Shown: positions 32,091-42,220 of the stretch, piece by piece
Position numbering within the stretch: position 1 is the stretch's first letter
Layout: every line of letters starts with the position of its first letter
Origin: Amphiscolops sp. MND2022
Taxonomy: Eukaryota
NCBI GenBank assembly: GCA_964187785.1
Contig: OZ076412.1
Span: 63,178,001 to 63,242,000 of the forward strand
Length of the DNA stretch: 64,000 nucleotides
Reading direction: 5' to 3'
Translations under genes and position numbers: made by a program
Notes under the pieces: generated by a model
Seen by the model: only the letters and a program-made list of their open reading frames with translations
What the model was told of the DNA's origin: nothing
The model's database searches: none

Positions 32091-35000
32091 ATGTTAATTT
32101 GCGAAACTTGTGATAAACAATTTGTCAATCGGCTTGGCCTAAATAGTCACCTTCGATCGCAAATTCATCAGGGTACTTCGAAAAAACCAAGAGTTGCTTG
32201 TTCTCAATGTGATAAAACATTCTCTTGCCGACAAAATATGAATCGCCACACCCGAGAAATTCACGATTACATAGGACATAAATCAGTGAAACAGTGCTCT
32301 TTGTGTCCCTTCAAAACAAAATTCATTCTGCAAATGTCTTTACATTTCAAAAAGTGCATAGTCAACTCATCCATAGAATTTGCTCTTACTGCATTACAGC
32401 ATTCGATAACTCCGATTCTCTTTATAAGAGAATCGCCCCATTAGGGCTGAGAAGAACAGCTTGAAGAAGCCAACCACTACAGCAATAAACGGATCGCTGA
32501 AGGTCTACACAATTCTGGGTAACGAAGAAGAGGACCTGTTTAAGTTCATGATGGACAAAAAGTCAGAAATTAACAGCATTATTCTTCTAAACACAGTTAG
32601 AAATTCTCAAAAAGTACAACTGTGTGCAACAATTGATTTAGAAAAGCCAGTTCGAGATGAAGATGATGACGAAAGCCTGTCCATTTTTGTGCGTTCCAAT
32701 ATGCAAGCTGTCTACAAGGAGGGTCTAAAAGACGAACAATATTTGCAAATGGTCGAGAAAATGTTGGCCAGTCTCTATACCTTCACAGCTTCGGGAAGCG
32801 GTTGGATGGTCCTAAAAATTGTTCGGCTTGAAATTAGAATAGCACTCTTTGCCCCCATGACTGGTTCGTCATATATTGCGCTACCCAACAAACTACAGAG
32901 CAGCAATTCATTATTGAACATACGCAACCGTGAAGACCACAATTGCTTTCTGTATTGTTTCACAGCAGCCTGGCATCGAAAGTATGGACCAGCACTTACC
33001 CCACCAGGACAACATCCGCGACTAAACAGAACTGATCCCAGGACATACTCGGATGCAAACCCCGTTGCACATCAACCTAGGGGTGAATTCGACATGCCCA
33101 TGGGTCTTGGACAAATTCCACGATTCGAAGAAATCAACAGGTGCAGAATCAACATTTTTCAGTAAGTAACATTGATTATCATTCTTTTGATTTTAAAACG
33201 GAAAAGTTCAGATATGGTGTTGCAAAAACTTTTTCAAACCGATGAACATTTCATGTATTGCGAAGTTTTGTTATGTTGACAGATTCGAAGACAAATCAAT
33301 TGTACCTGTTCGAGTGTCAAGTAGAAAGGGTGATCTTCTCGACGTTGACTTACTTCTGTTGGAGGATGGCTTCACACATCACTATGTTCTGATAACAAAT
33401 CTCAAAGTCTTGATTTGCACTGTGAAAAAACGAACAAACAACTATAAGGAGATATTATGCCGCAATTGCTTCCACATTTCAGCAACCCCGGATGTGTACG
33501 AGAGACACTTGAGGAGTTGTCTCTACAATGAACCCGCAATTATAAACATGCCCAGTGAAAACAAAAACAAGGTGAAATTCAGCAAATACAAAGCACGTTG
33601 GTTTGCACCAGTGGTAATATATTTCGATTTGGAATCATTAATCCAACCACTGGCTCAATGTTGTCAAGAAAGTCAAAATACTGAGACTACAGAACTGCAC
33701 AAGCCATGTGGATTTTGTTTGGTCGGGGTAGAGCACGGAAACACAGAACCGCTTTTTGTTCAACTCGATAGATCAGAGGACTGCATGGAAAAATTGATTA
33801 AAGCTCTAGAAACCATTGCTCGCGAATTTCATGCAAGGAAACAGACTCATAGATACTTCACAGGAACAGCACCGATAGACCCAGATGAAATAATCGACTG
33901 TTGGATTTGCGAAAAACCCTTTGGCGAAGAAGCTAAAGTGCTGGACCATTGCCATTATACTGGAAAATTTCTGGGACTTGCTCACAACGAATGCAACCTA
34001 AAACGTAAAACGCTCAACTTTATTCCTGTTGTTGCACACAACCTTTCAAACTATGACTTACACCACCTTTGCAAAGACCTTCATCACTTTGCCAAAGATT
34101 GCAGAATCAATGTCATACCACAGACGAGTGAAAAGTATATTAGTCTATCTGTTGGTGTACCAGTTCGCACCTACAAAGACAAGAATGGTTTGGAGAAAAC
34201 AGTTTACGAATATCTCAGGTTTGTGGATTCATTCCGTTTCATGACAAATTCGCTGGAAAAGTTAGTGAGCAATCTTCCAGCAGAGAAATTCACCTATTTA
34301 GACAATCACTTTAGTGTTTACCCTGAAGAAAAGAGACAATTGCTCCACGGAAAAGGCTTTTATCCTTATTCCTATTTTGATAATCATTCAAAATTCCAAG
34401 AGACTACGTTACCTTCCATTGATTGCTGGACAAACTCGCTCAAAGAAGGAGAGCAGAGCATAAGCGAAGAACAATGGCACCACGCAAACATTGTATTCAA
34501 GACGTTTGGCTGTGAAAATCTTGGTGATTATCATGACCTGTACTTGAAAACTGACACGCTTCTTCTAGCTTGCGTGGTGGAAGAATTCAGAAGGGTGTGC
34601 TATGAAACGTACAAACTAGACAGCATTCAATACATATCCAGCTCCCACTTGTCAGATGCTTTCCTCCGGACTTGTAAAGCAGATCTTTGCCTCGTTACAG
34701 AGCGAGAACACCTGGAAATGGTTGAAAACATGATACGCGGAGGGGTGTCTTCAGTTTACGAAAAGCGCCATTTCAAGTGTAACAACAAATATCTCAACAA
34801 TTATGATCCAACTCAAGAGGAAACTTATGGAGTACTGTTAGATGCAAATAACCTCTATAGGGGAATCATGGAAAAACTTCCCCTACCACTAAACAACTAT
34901 GAAACTGTCAACCTCGACTTACAACATATTCTGAAAACTTCAAACGACTCATCAATTGGATATATTCTCGAAGTTGACCTGGAGTACCCTGATTGCCTCC

Positions 35001-36643
35001 ATGATTCACATCGCGATTTTCCACTGGCGCCTACCAAGGAGATCATTTCATACCATGACTTGAGCTCTTGGCAACAAGACATTCTGAAAAAAAACCATTC
35101 ATTACATTCCAGCGGCAAAACAAGGAAATTGGTTCAGACACTATCTGACAAGACGAACTATACTGTACATTATATTACTCTCAAGTTATATGTCGGTCTA
35201 GGTATGAAAGTTACAAAGGTTCACAAAGTACTTCAGTTTCATCAGGCGAAATGGTTGAAACCTTACATCCAACTGAACACAACTAAACGACAGCAAGCAA
35301 AAAACAAATTCGAAGAAGGATTCTTCAAACTTATGAACAATAGCTGTTATGGAAAGACACTCGAGAGTAAGCGAAGGAGAGTAAACTTGCGCTTTGTACG
35401 CTCTGAAGAAGAGGTGAAGAAACAAACTTCGAATCACCTTTTCCAAGCATTCAAAATCTTTGATCAAAACTTGGCAGCTTTGATTGTGAAGAAGCGAATG
35501 ATTTTGTGGAACAAACCAACAATCGTGGGTGCGAGCATTCTTGATCTCGCAAAATACTACATGTACAATTTCCATTACAATGTAATGAAGCCAAACTTTG
35601 ATTGCCGGCTGATGTACTCAGACACCGACTCATTGCTTTACGAAGTTAAAGGAAAAGATTTTTACAAGGAACTAGAGACGAACCGAGACCTGAGACAAAA
35701 CTTTGACTTGTCAAACTACCCCCTCTCCCATAATCTATACAACGATTCACAAAAGCTGGTGACATTAAAGTTCAAGGATGAGTTTGGAGGAGTTCCAATT
35801 CAAGAATTCATCGGATTGAAACCGAAAATGTACTCCATACTTTACGGTGGAAAACAAAAAATGTCAGCGAAGGGAGTCACTCAGTCTGCTCAAACCAAAC
35901 TCAAGCATGAAGTGTACCGACGAGTTCTACTCACTGGGGAATCATTCAGAGCCATCAATACCAGCATTGGTTCAGTAGACCACCAACTGCAGACAATCCG
36001 GACAAACAAACTCTCTCTCAGTTGCTTTGATGACAAGCGATACATTAAAGAAGATGGGGTTACCTGTTTGCCACTGGGACACTATGCAATCAGAGACAAG
36101 GCGCTTCTTCAAGATATTCTGGACGATGATGACTGGGGAGAAGATTCAACACCTCCTAGTCCAACTTGGAGTGAATTTCAGTCATTGGGGTGGTTGCCAA
36201 TCAATAATCAAGAAACTAACGAGCAGCGCTCTGGCACTCCTAACGTGTACGATAACACATACGATCAGATGCTGGATTGGTCGCCACCAGATCCCGGATT
36301 GCATCAGAGAAGCTATTCGGAAGAAGAGCTCAATTATTTAGCAGACTTGGAACAGTCTGATGACGAGCAGTCACTTGCATCACGAAATCCTTTCATAGAT
36401 GATGAAGCAGAAGATGTTGATCTGGAAAGCTTCATTCTATCTTGCGATGAAGATGAGAGAAGGGGATCACAGGACACCCAAAGCAGCCATTCAAGTGATA
36501 TTCAAGTGATTGCGCAGTATACAGAGGATGAGAGAAACTTGTTGTCTGATATCGAACGATACGTGGACTTCGGAAGCGACGAGGAACCGAAAAAGAGACG
36601 GAAAAGGGCTAGAATCAGTGATTCAGAGAGTGACAGCGAATAG
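32091..36643 (+). pseudogene. polB: Protein-primed DNA polymerase B with N-terminal C2H2 fingers, TP-like region and EndoVII-like finger; one intron; two N-terminal frameshifts
   Basis: C2H2 fingers at 32091-32430; SGSGW...GSSYIALP...NCF; CWIC..DHCHYTG..AHNECN; ExoI YFDLES, ExoII HNLSNYD, ExoIII YLKTD; pol motifs DANNLY, KLMNNSCYGK, YSDTDS; acidic tail with PKKRRKR. Confidence 0.93.
33162..33282 (+). other. Spliceosomal (GT-AG) phase-2 intron in polB, 121 bp
   Basis: CA|GTAAGT donor and TTGACAG|A acceptor; splicing joins 32461-33161 to the 1133-aa ORF as INIFQ-FEDKSIVPVRVS. Confidence 0.85.
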
Positions 36644-36829
36644 AAACATGATAACTATTCATCTAACTTATTGTTCATGAAAGCTCAAGTACCATTGTAA
36701 TGTTTGCTATATTATTCTTTGAGTGGGTTCAAAAGTTTTGCAAGAAATGTGTTTTTGCTTCAATTTCATTGGTTGAGCAACTGCAAATTAGATTCAGAAG
36801 TGAGAACATTGATTTGAACAGTAAATCGA

Positions 36830-38330
36830 AAAGATCTAAGATTCGATATACACAAGCATATATAAGGTATATGCAGTCTATCTTTTGATATACAGTAGCA
36901 TACAGTAGGCCAAAATAGTCTAAGACTTGATATACACAAGCATACAAAGGATATATGCAGTCTATCTTTCAATATATAGTAGCATACTACATGCCAAAAT
37001 AGTCTAAGACTTGATATACACAAGCATATATGGGATATATGCAGTCTATCTTTCATCATACACTAGCATACTACATGTCAAAACTATCTAAGATTGGTTC
37101 TACAGAAGCATATACAGGATATAAGCAGTCTATCTTTCGTTATACAGTAGCATACCGTAGGCCAAAATAGTCTAAGACTTGATATACACAAGCCTAGATA
37201 GGGTAAATGCAGTCTATCTTTCATTATACAGTAGCATACCGTAGGCCAAAACTGTCTAAGATTGGATATATATTGGCATATACGGGGTATATGCAGTCTA
37301 TCTTTTGATATACAGTAGCTTACTACATGCCAAAATATTCTAAGATTTGATATACATAAGCATATATGGGTTATATGCAGTCTATCTTTTGATATACAGT
37401 AGCATACTACATGCCAAAATATTCTAAGATTTGATATACATAAGCATATATGGGTTATATGCAGTCTATCTTCCGATATACGCTAGCATACTACATGCCA
37501 AAACTATCTAAGATTGGTTCTACAGAAGCATATACAGGATATACGCAGTCTATCTTTCGATATACAGTAGCATACTGTAGGCCAAAATTGTCTAAGGTTG
37601 GATATACATTGGCATATACGGGGTATATGCAGTCTATCTTTTGATATATAGTAGCATACTACATGCCAAAATAGTCTAAGATTTGATATACACAAGCATA
37701 TATGGGATATATGCACTCTATCTTTCATCATACACTAGCATACTACATGCCAAAACTATCTAAGATTGGTTCTACAGAAGCATATACAGGATATATGCAA
37801 TCTATCTTTCATTATACAGTAGCATACTACATGCCGAAACTCTAAGATTTGATATACACAAGCCTAGATAGGGTAAATGCAGTCTATCTTTCATTATACA
37901 GTAGCATACCGTAGGCCAAAACTGTCTAAGATTGGATATACATAGGCATATACGAGATAAATGCAGTCTATCTTTCGATATACAGTAGCATACTGTAGCC
38001 CAAAACTGTCTAAGATTGGATATACATTGGCATATACGGGGTATATGCAGTCTATCTTTTGATATACAGTAGCATACTACATGCCAAAATATTCTAAGAT
38101 TTGATATACATAAGCATATATGGGTTATATGCAGTCTATCTTTCGATATACGCTAGCATACTACATGCCAAAACTGTCTAAGATTGGATATACATTGGCA
38201 TATACGGGGTATATGCAGTCTATCTTTTGATATACAGTAGCATACTGCATGCCAAAAAAAAGTCTAAGATTTGTTACAAACAAGCATATACAGGGTATAT
38301 ACAGTCTAGCTTTCGATTTGCAGTAGCATA
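36830..38330. repeat. Tandem array of about 18 x 84 bp (each a diverged 42-bp dimer) inside the Polinton
   Basis: GCAGTCTATC recurs at 36873, 36957, 37041, 37125 and onward; halves GTCTAAGATTTGATATACACAAGCATA / GTCTATCTTTTGATATACAGTAGCATA. Confidence 0.95.
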
Positions 38331-38661
38331 AATAAAAAATTTTATTGCTCGATTGAGCAAAACGAAATCAAATGCCCTGGGCCTACGATCTCAAACGATT
38401 AACACTTTTCCGAGGAAACAAATCTCAGACTAATGCATATGTTTCATCAGGGCCGCCCTGGACCACCTGGCACTAAGGCGTAGTAAGTGAGTCCATGCAA
38501 GGATGATGAAGTTCAGTGATGCATTTCATCTGGAAACATCCGAGGATGACCGAAGGGAAAAGCTACCTAAGACCGGACGAATCCGTTATACCTATCACTC
38601 AAAGATCAAAAAGCAGTAATGCTCAAAACTCGAATTTAACAAGGTTTAAACAAAAGAAAGT

Positions 38662-39408
38662 TTAGATCAAGGACAATTTTTGAAGGGCATCCTTGACAGC
38701 TTCCACTAAAGACCAGTTAGGACGGGTTGCATTGGTCGTGACACGGACTCCAGTGATCCCCGCAACAGTCATAATTTTTTTCAGCATTGGCTCTGCGACA
38801 ACTTCGTTGCACTCCTCCATCTTCACCCAACAGTTTGCAAACTGGCCTTCAATTGGTTTCGATATCTTTCTCTGCACTCGATGCAAACACAGTTTTGCAT
38901 TCTTCACAGCACGTTCTGTTGTTGTGGCTTCTGTCCGTCCACAGCTACTGCCTATGCCCACATAGCCAGCACCATCACCAACAGCAGCGTAAACTATGAA
39001 CCTGTACTGGCCCCTTCCGATCGAACTCACTTTCAGAACAGCTGTCCTCAGTTCTTTTCTGAAGAGCCAGTCAATAATCTCGGGCTCCTTTATTGGCTTT
39101 TTGGCAGCTAGTAGAGTCATGAAATTTACGATGACTCCACGCTTGACTAGTCTGCCGATGTGTGTTTTAGGTTTCCATTTTACACTCAACGATTTCAAAC
39201 GTTCGTCGATGGGTTGTTGATTCTCTTTATCAGTAGACGACGAGGCGACATGAGGACCTAAGCGAACCCTGACCTGGATGTTCCCGGTGGATTTCACCTT
39301 CAAAACCGGGGACGAAGGTGGGGAGAAATCAGAAGATGAACTGGACTCACTGAATGAAGATGACGAAGTGGAAGACATTTCGTGAACAAAAAACACTGAA
39401 AAAACCAT
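38662..39408 (-). CDS. RPS2: Divergent 40S ribosomal protein uS5 (RPS2) homologue with a Ser-rich N-terminal extension, Polinton-encoded
   Basis: WKPKTHIGRLVK ~ WVPVTKLGRLVK; PIKEPEIIDW ~ PIKESEIIDF; RFIVYAAVGDGAGYVGIG ~ RFKAFVAIGDYNGHVGLG; AVKNAKL ~ AIILAKL; KKIMTVAGI ~ KKLLMMAGI; AVKDAL ~ ATFDAI (reference motifs recalled from eukaryotic RPS2); intronless; probable start M11 at 39378. Confidence 0.88.
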   Translation of the reverse strand: MVFSVFFVHEMSSTSSSSFSESSSSSDFSPPSSPVLKVKSTGNIQVRVRLGPHVASSSTDKENQQPIDERLKSLSVKWKPKTHIGRLVKRGVIVNFMTLLAAKKPIKEPEIIDWLFRKELRTAVLKVSSIGRGQYRFIVYAAVGDGAGYVGIGSSCGRTEATTTERAVKNAKLCLHRVQRKISKPIEGQFANCWVKMEECNEVVAEPMLKKIMTVAGITGVRVTTNATRPNWSLVEAVKDALQKLSLI

Positions 39409-39953
39409 GGTCTGATACTGATAAAATATTCAGTATATCAAATTGATATTAGCAGAAAAACAATTGATATATGAAAATGAAAACAAAATAATAATATAAA
39501 AATAGTCCTCAAGAAGTCCATCGAAATCAGTTAGATAATTACTAATTACATTCCATAGTCATTTGACATTTTTACATCATTCAATTTTTAATGTAACAAG
39601 CCATAGTGGAAATTGATCTTTTCAATTGTACAGTCTGATAATTTTACAGAATATTTGAATCTTTCATTCAAAAAATTCAAGAAGTATATTAATTTTTTGA
39701 TACAAAAGATATTCGAATTTTTTCTATAAAAACAGGGTTAACATATTCATTAAGTTCCTAAAATCTGTCTTGCGCAAAAATAGAAATTAGGCTTCCTCTG
39801 ACAGAATTTTGATATGCGGAACGATTATATAAACGATCTAAAAATGTTCATGTCTATATTATATAATTGCTCATTTATATATTATACAAATCAATTAAAG
39901 TAAATGATTTATAAAAATGAAATAATTCAACAAATTAAAAATTATAAATATCC

Positions 39954-40036
39954 GCACATGGAATGACTTGAACCCACGTGCACAAGATCAAGGGCTTCTG
40001 TGAACACTAGCATCAGCCACTGGGCTATGTGGGTGC
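39954..40036 (-). ncRNA. Degenerate tRNA-like Pol III unit just inside the right TIR, pointing inward
   Basis: A-box TAGCCCAGTGG and B-box GGTTCAAGTC; stems pair poorly; T-rich stretch downstream. Confidence 0.35.
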
Positions 40037-40215
40037 TTGTCATAGCATGTTCAAGTTGTTTATATCTGACAATTGGTTCATCTTTACTTGGAAATCAAAT
40101 CAGTGACCAACTAGTATTAAGACATCTACACGTATAAGTTTTAATTAATATAAGCTAGCCGTATTAAGTCAGCTTGAATAAAACTAATATACAATAAACT
40201 TTTAGCATTGTCAGA

Positions 40216-40294
40216 AGCCCCGTGGCCCAGCGGTAAGCCATCTGACTCCGACCCCACCGGCGCGAGTTCGAGCCCCACCATCACCTAAAATTTT
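40216..40294 (+). ncRNA. tRNA-Trp-like Pol III unit in the right TIR, pointing outward
   Basis: GCCCCGTGGCCCAGCGGTAAGCCATCTGACTCC resembles the tRNA-Trp 5' half; B-box GTTCGAGCC at 40266-40274; TTTT at 40291-40294. Confidence 0.5.
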
Positions 40295-40415
40295 CAATAT
40301 TATTTATGACCCGATACTAGTAAATTTGAGCCGGTCTTACCTCGGGTCCCCATGTTTTAAGATTGGTTATGACCCGGACCCGTTCAAATCACCCGGCATA
40401 TTTACTCCCACTACT
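40218..40415 (-). repeat. Polinton right TIR (198 bp)
   Basis: Reverse complement of 13488-13685; followed by TSD CATCTA. Confidence 0.95.
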
Positions 40416-40739
40416 CATCTATAAAGGCAATGATGATAATTCGTGAATTATTCAACATTTTTTGTTGCACTGTGTAATCCGCTTAGAAATTCAAGCCCCT
40501 CTAAACATTTGAATTCGATCTGCCCGCTCTATTTAGAGTGTATTTTCAATGCTTTCATATATCTTCCTTTTGATATATTTACATCATTTCGACCTACCCT
40601 GAGTTTATCCGGTTTATGTCGGATTATTCGGTTTTAGAATCTCATTCTTCTTTGAAAGTTATCGAGCCTTGCGCGCCAGAACAGTGAAAATGAATGTAGT
40701 GGTTTTAGCCCCTAATTTTAAGTAGTGCAACTTGCACCG

Positions 40740-41320
40740 AGGAAGTCTATGAGGCAGTGGTGTCGTTATGCTGCAGAGTTTTATCGAAGTGTCGATAACG
40801 GTTCTACTAAGATATATACAATTCTTGATATTGCCAGTTATGTTGTACGGTTTCACCTGTGTATCGGCATCAAGAGCGGGCTTACACTTATTACAGCAGT
40901 TCCAGAAAAAGGTGGTGAAATGGATCACCGGAGTGAAGAATGCGAGCTATTTAAATCAACTTCGTCTGCTAAATATATTACCTCTTCCTATGTTTATTCA
41001 ACTGAGTGATATCCTGACCATGGCCAAGATTGCCGTCGTGGGAGGTGCAGCCCCCTTCTGTGAAATTATCAGAGACCTGGTGGAAGGTCAACCGACATCT
41101 TTGTTTTGCCCAAAATACGCACTGAAAAAGAAAAAGAATTCACGTTTCGTACGTGCAAAATTATAAATCGCCTCAGCAAATTAACAGATCTCAGGAAAGT
41201 CCCAGAATTATCAGCTTGATGTGGGAATTCGCCAACAAAGGATTATCTGAAAAGGAAGTCTGCACATGGCAAATCTTTTGTGATTGCAATTTGTGCAGAA
41301 ACAAGAGGACGCTTTTCTAG
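40740..41320 (+). pseudogene. Non-LTR retrotransposon ORF2 C-terminal remnant
   Basis: PVMLYG...LLQQFQKKVVKWITG..YLNQLRLLNILPL post-RT pattern; frameshifted. Confidence 0.55.
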
Positions 41321-41663
41321 ATATCACGACCGGGACCAACGCTCTTCAGCTGTGTGCTGCAAATCTTCATAAGCAAACAAACAATGTAGAAAAAACTTCC
41401 AGTAGGTCTTTGTCATATACTTGTCAAAAACATCGAATTGACTACTGTATTTTTCACTAAAACATATGCAGACGGTCATCAGACTGCTATTTACAGCTGA
41501 CCACCCCATCACAGACTGATCATGCAGTTACGGTAGCATTCTTTCCGGAATCAACCGGAGTCTGTGGTGTGAAATATACAGAAGCAAATATTCGTGGGAG
41601 GGTGCAACCGCCTGATAGTTTGCCGAAAATTGAAAAAAGTATTAAAATAAAACTGAATTCTTT

Positions 41664-41720
41664 AACGCTGTTGCATAAATGGCACAGTGTTCCAATAGTT
41701 TTGCAAGGTTCGATTCCCCA
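41664..41720 (+). other. tRNA-derived SINE-like head fragment
   Basis: A-box-like TTGCATAAATGG and B-box GGTTCGATTCC at 41707-41717. Confidence 0.3.
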
Positions 41721-41730
41721 ATGTAAGGGA

Positions 41731-42220
41731 CCTGTACCATACTGAAACAACTCCAGTTGAGAGAGGACGAACTTTCACATACTTGGACTGATTCTTTCAA
41801 CCTTTCAAATACTTAATTTTTAAATGACATTCAATGTTTATTCTTCAAATCGGAATTTGACATTTAAATAACCTTTATACATAATGATTGGAATTACTGA
41901 ATAACAAAATCATAAGAACTATAATTGCAGTATAAAACAGCTTGGATTTGAATACTAAGGAAACTCACCAGGATTGTTGCTCACAGCACCCGATGATCCG
42001 CTCTGCCAAGACTGCTAAACAGCTGAGAAGTACTTGAAAAAGGAATCATTTCGTCAATGTTTGAAAGCGAGACATCAGGAGTTTTTGCCTCAGTTTCTAC
42101 TTCAATTTCTCGAATAGGTACTCTATCAGTTAGTTTGATTGATAAGCAAAGACTAGGGTCAGTTTGCATGCGAGACAAAAAGTCCGCAGCTGAATTAGCT
42201 TTACCAGGTATGTGCGCGAT
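41731..42220 (-). repeat. 490-bp inverted copy of 51912-52401 (pol end + cassette X)
   Basis: Reverse-complement match seen directly, including shadow ORF SRMQTDPSLCLSIK. Confidence 0.9.

Larger units (their letters stand above)
13488..40415. mobile_element. Polinton/Maverick (adintovirus-like endogenous element), full length, with a nested tandem Copia
   Basis: Ends AGTAGT...ACTACT; 198-bp TIRs; 6-bp TSD CATCTA at 13482-13487 and 40416-40421; encodes ATPase, INT, mCP, MCP, PRO and pPolB; 26,928 bp in total, 17,777 bp without the Copia and its TSD. Confidence 0.97.

Noticed and set aside
36830-38330. CRISPR-like array or repeat-protein gene
   Set aside because: No unique spacers (the whole 84-bp unit repeats), no cas genes, eukaryotic context; frames contain frequent stops
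40216-40294. Functional tRNA genes here and at 5054, 39954, 41664 and 56118
   Set aside because: Promoter boxes are present but the acceptor, anticodon or T stems do not pair properly
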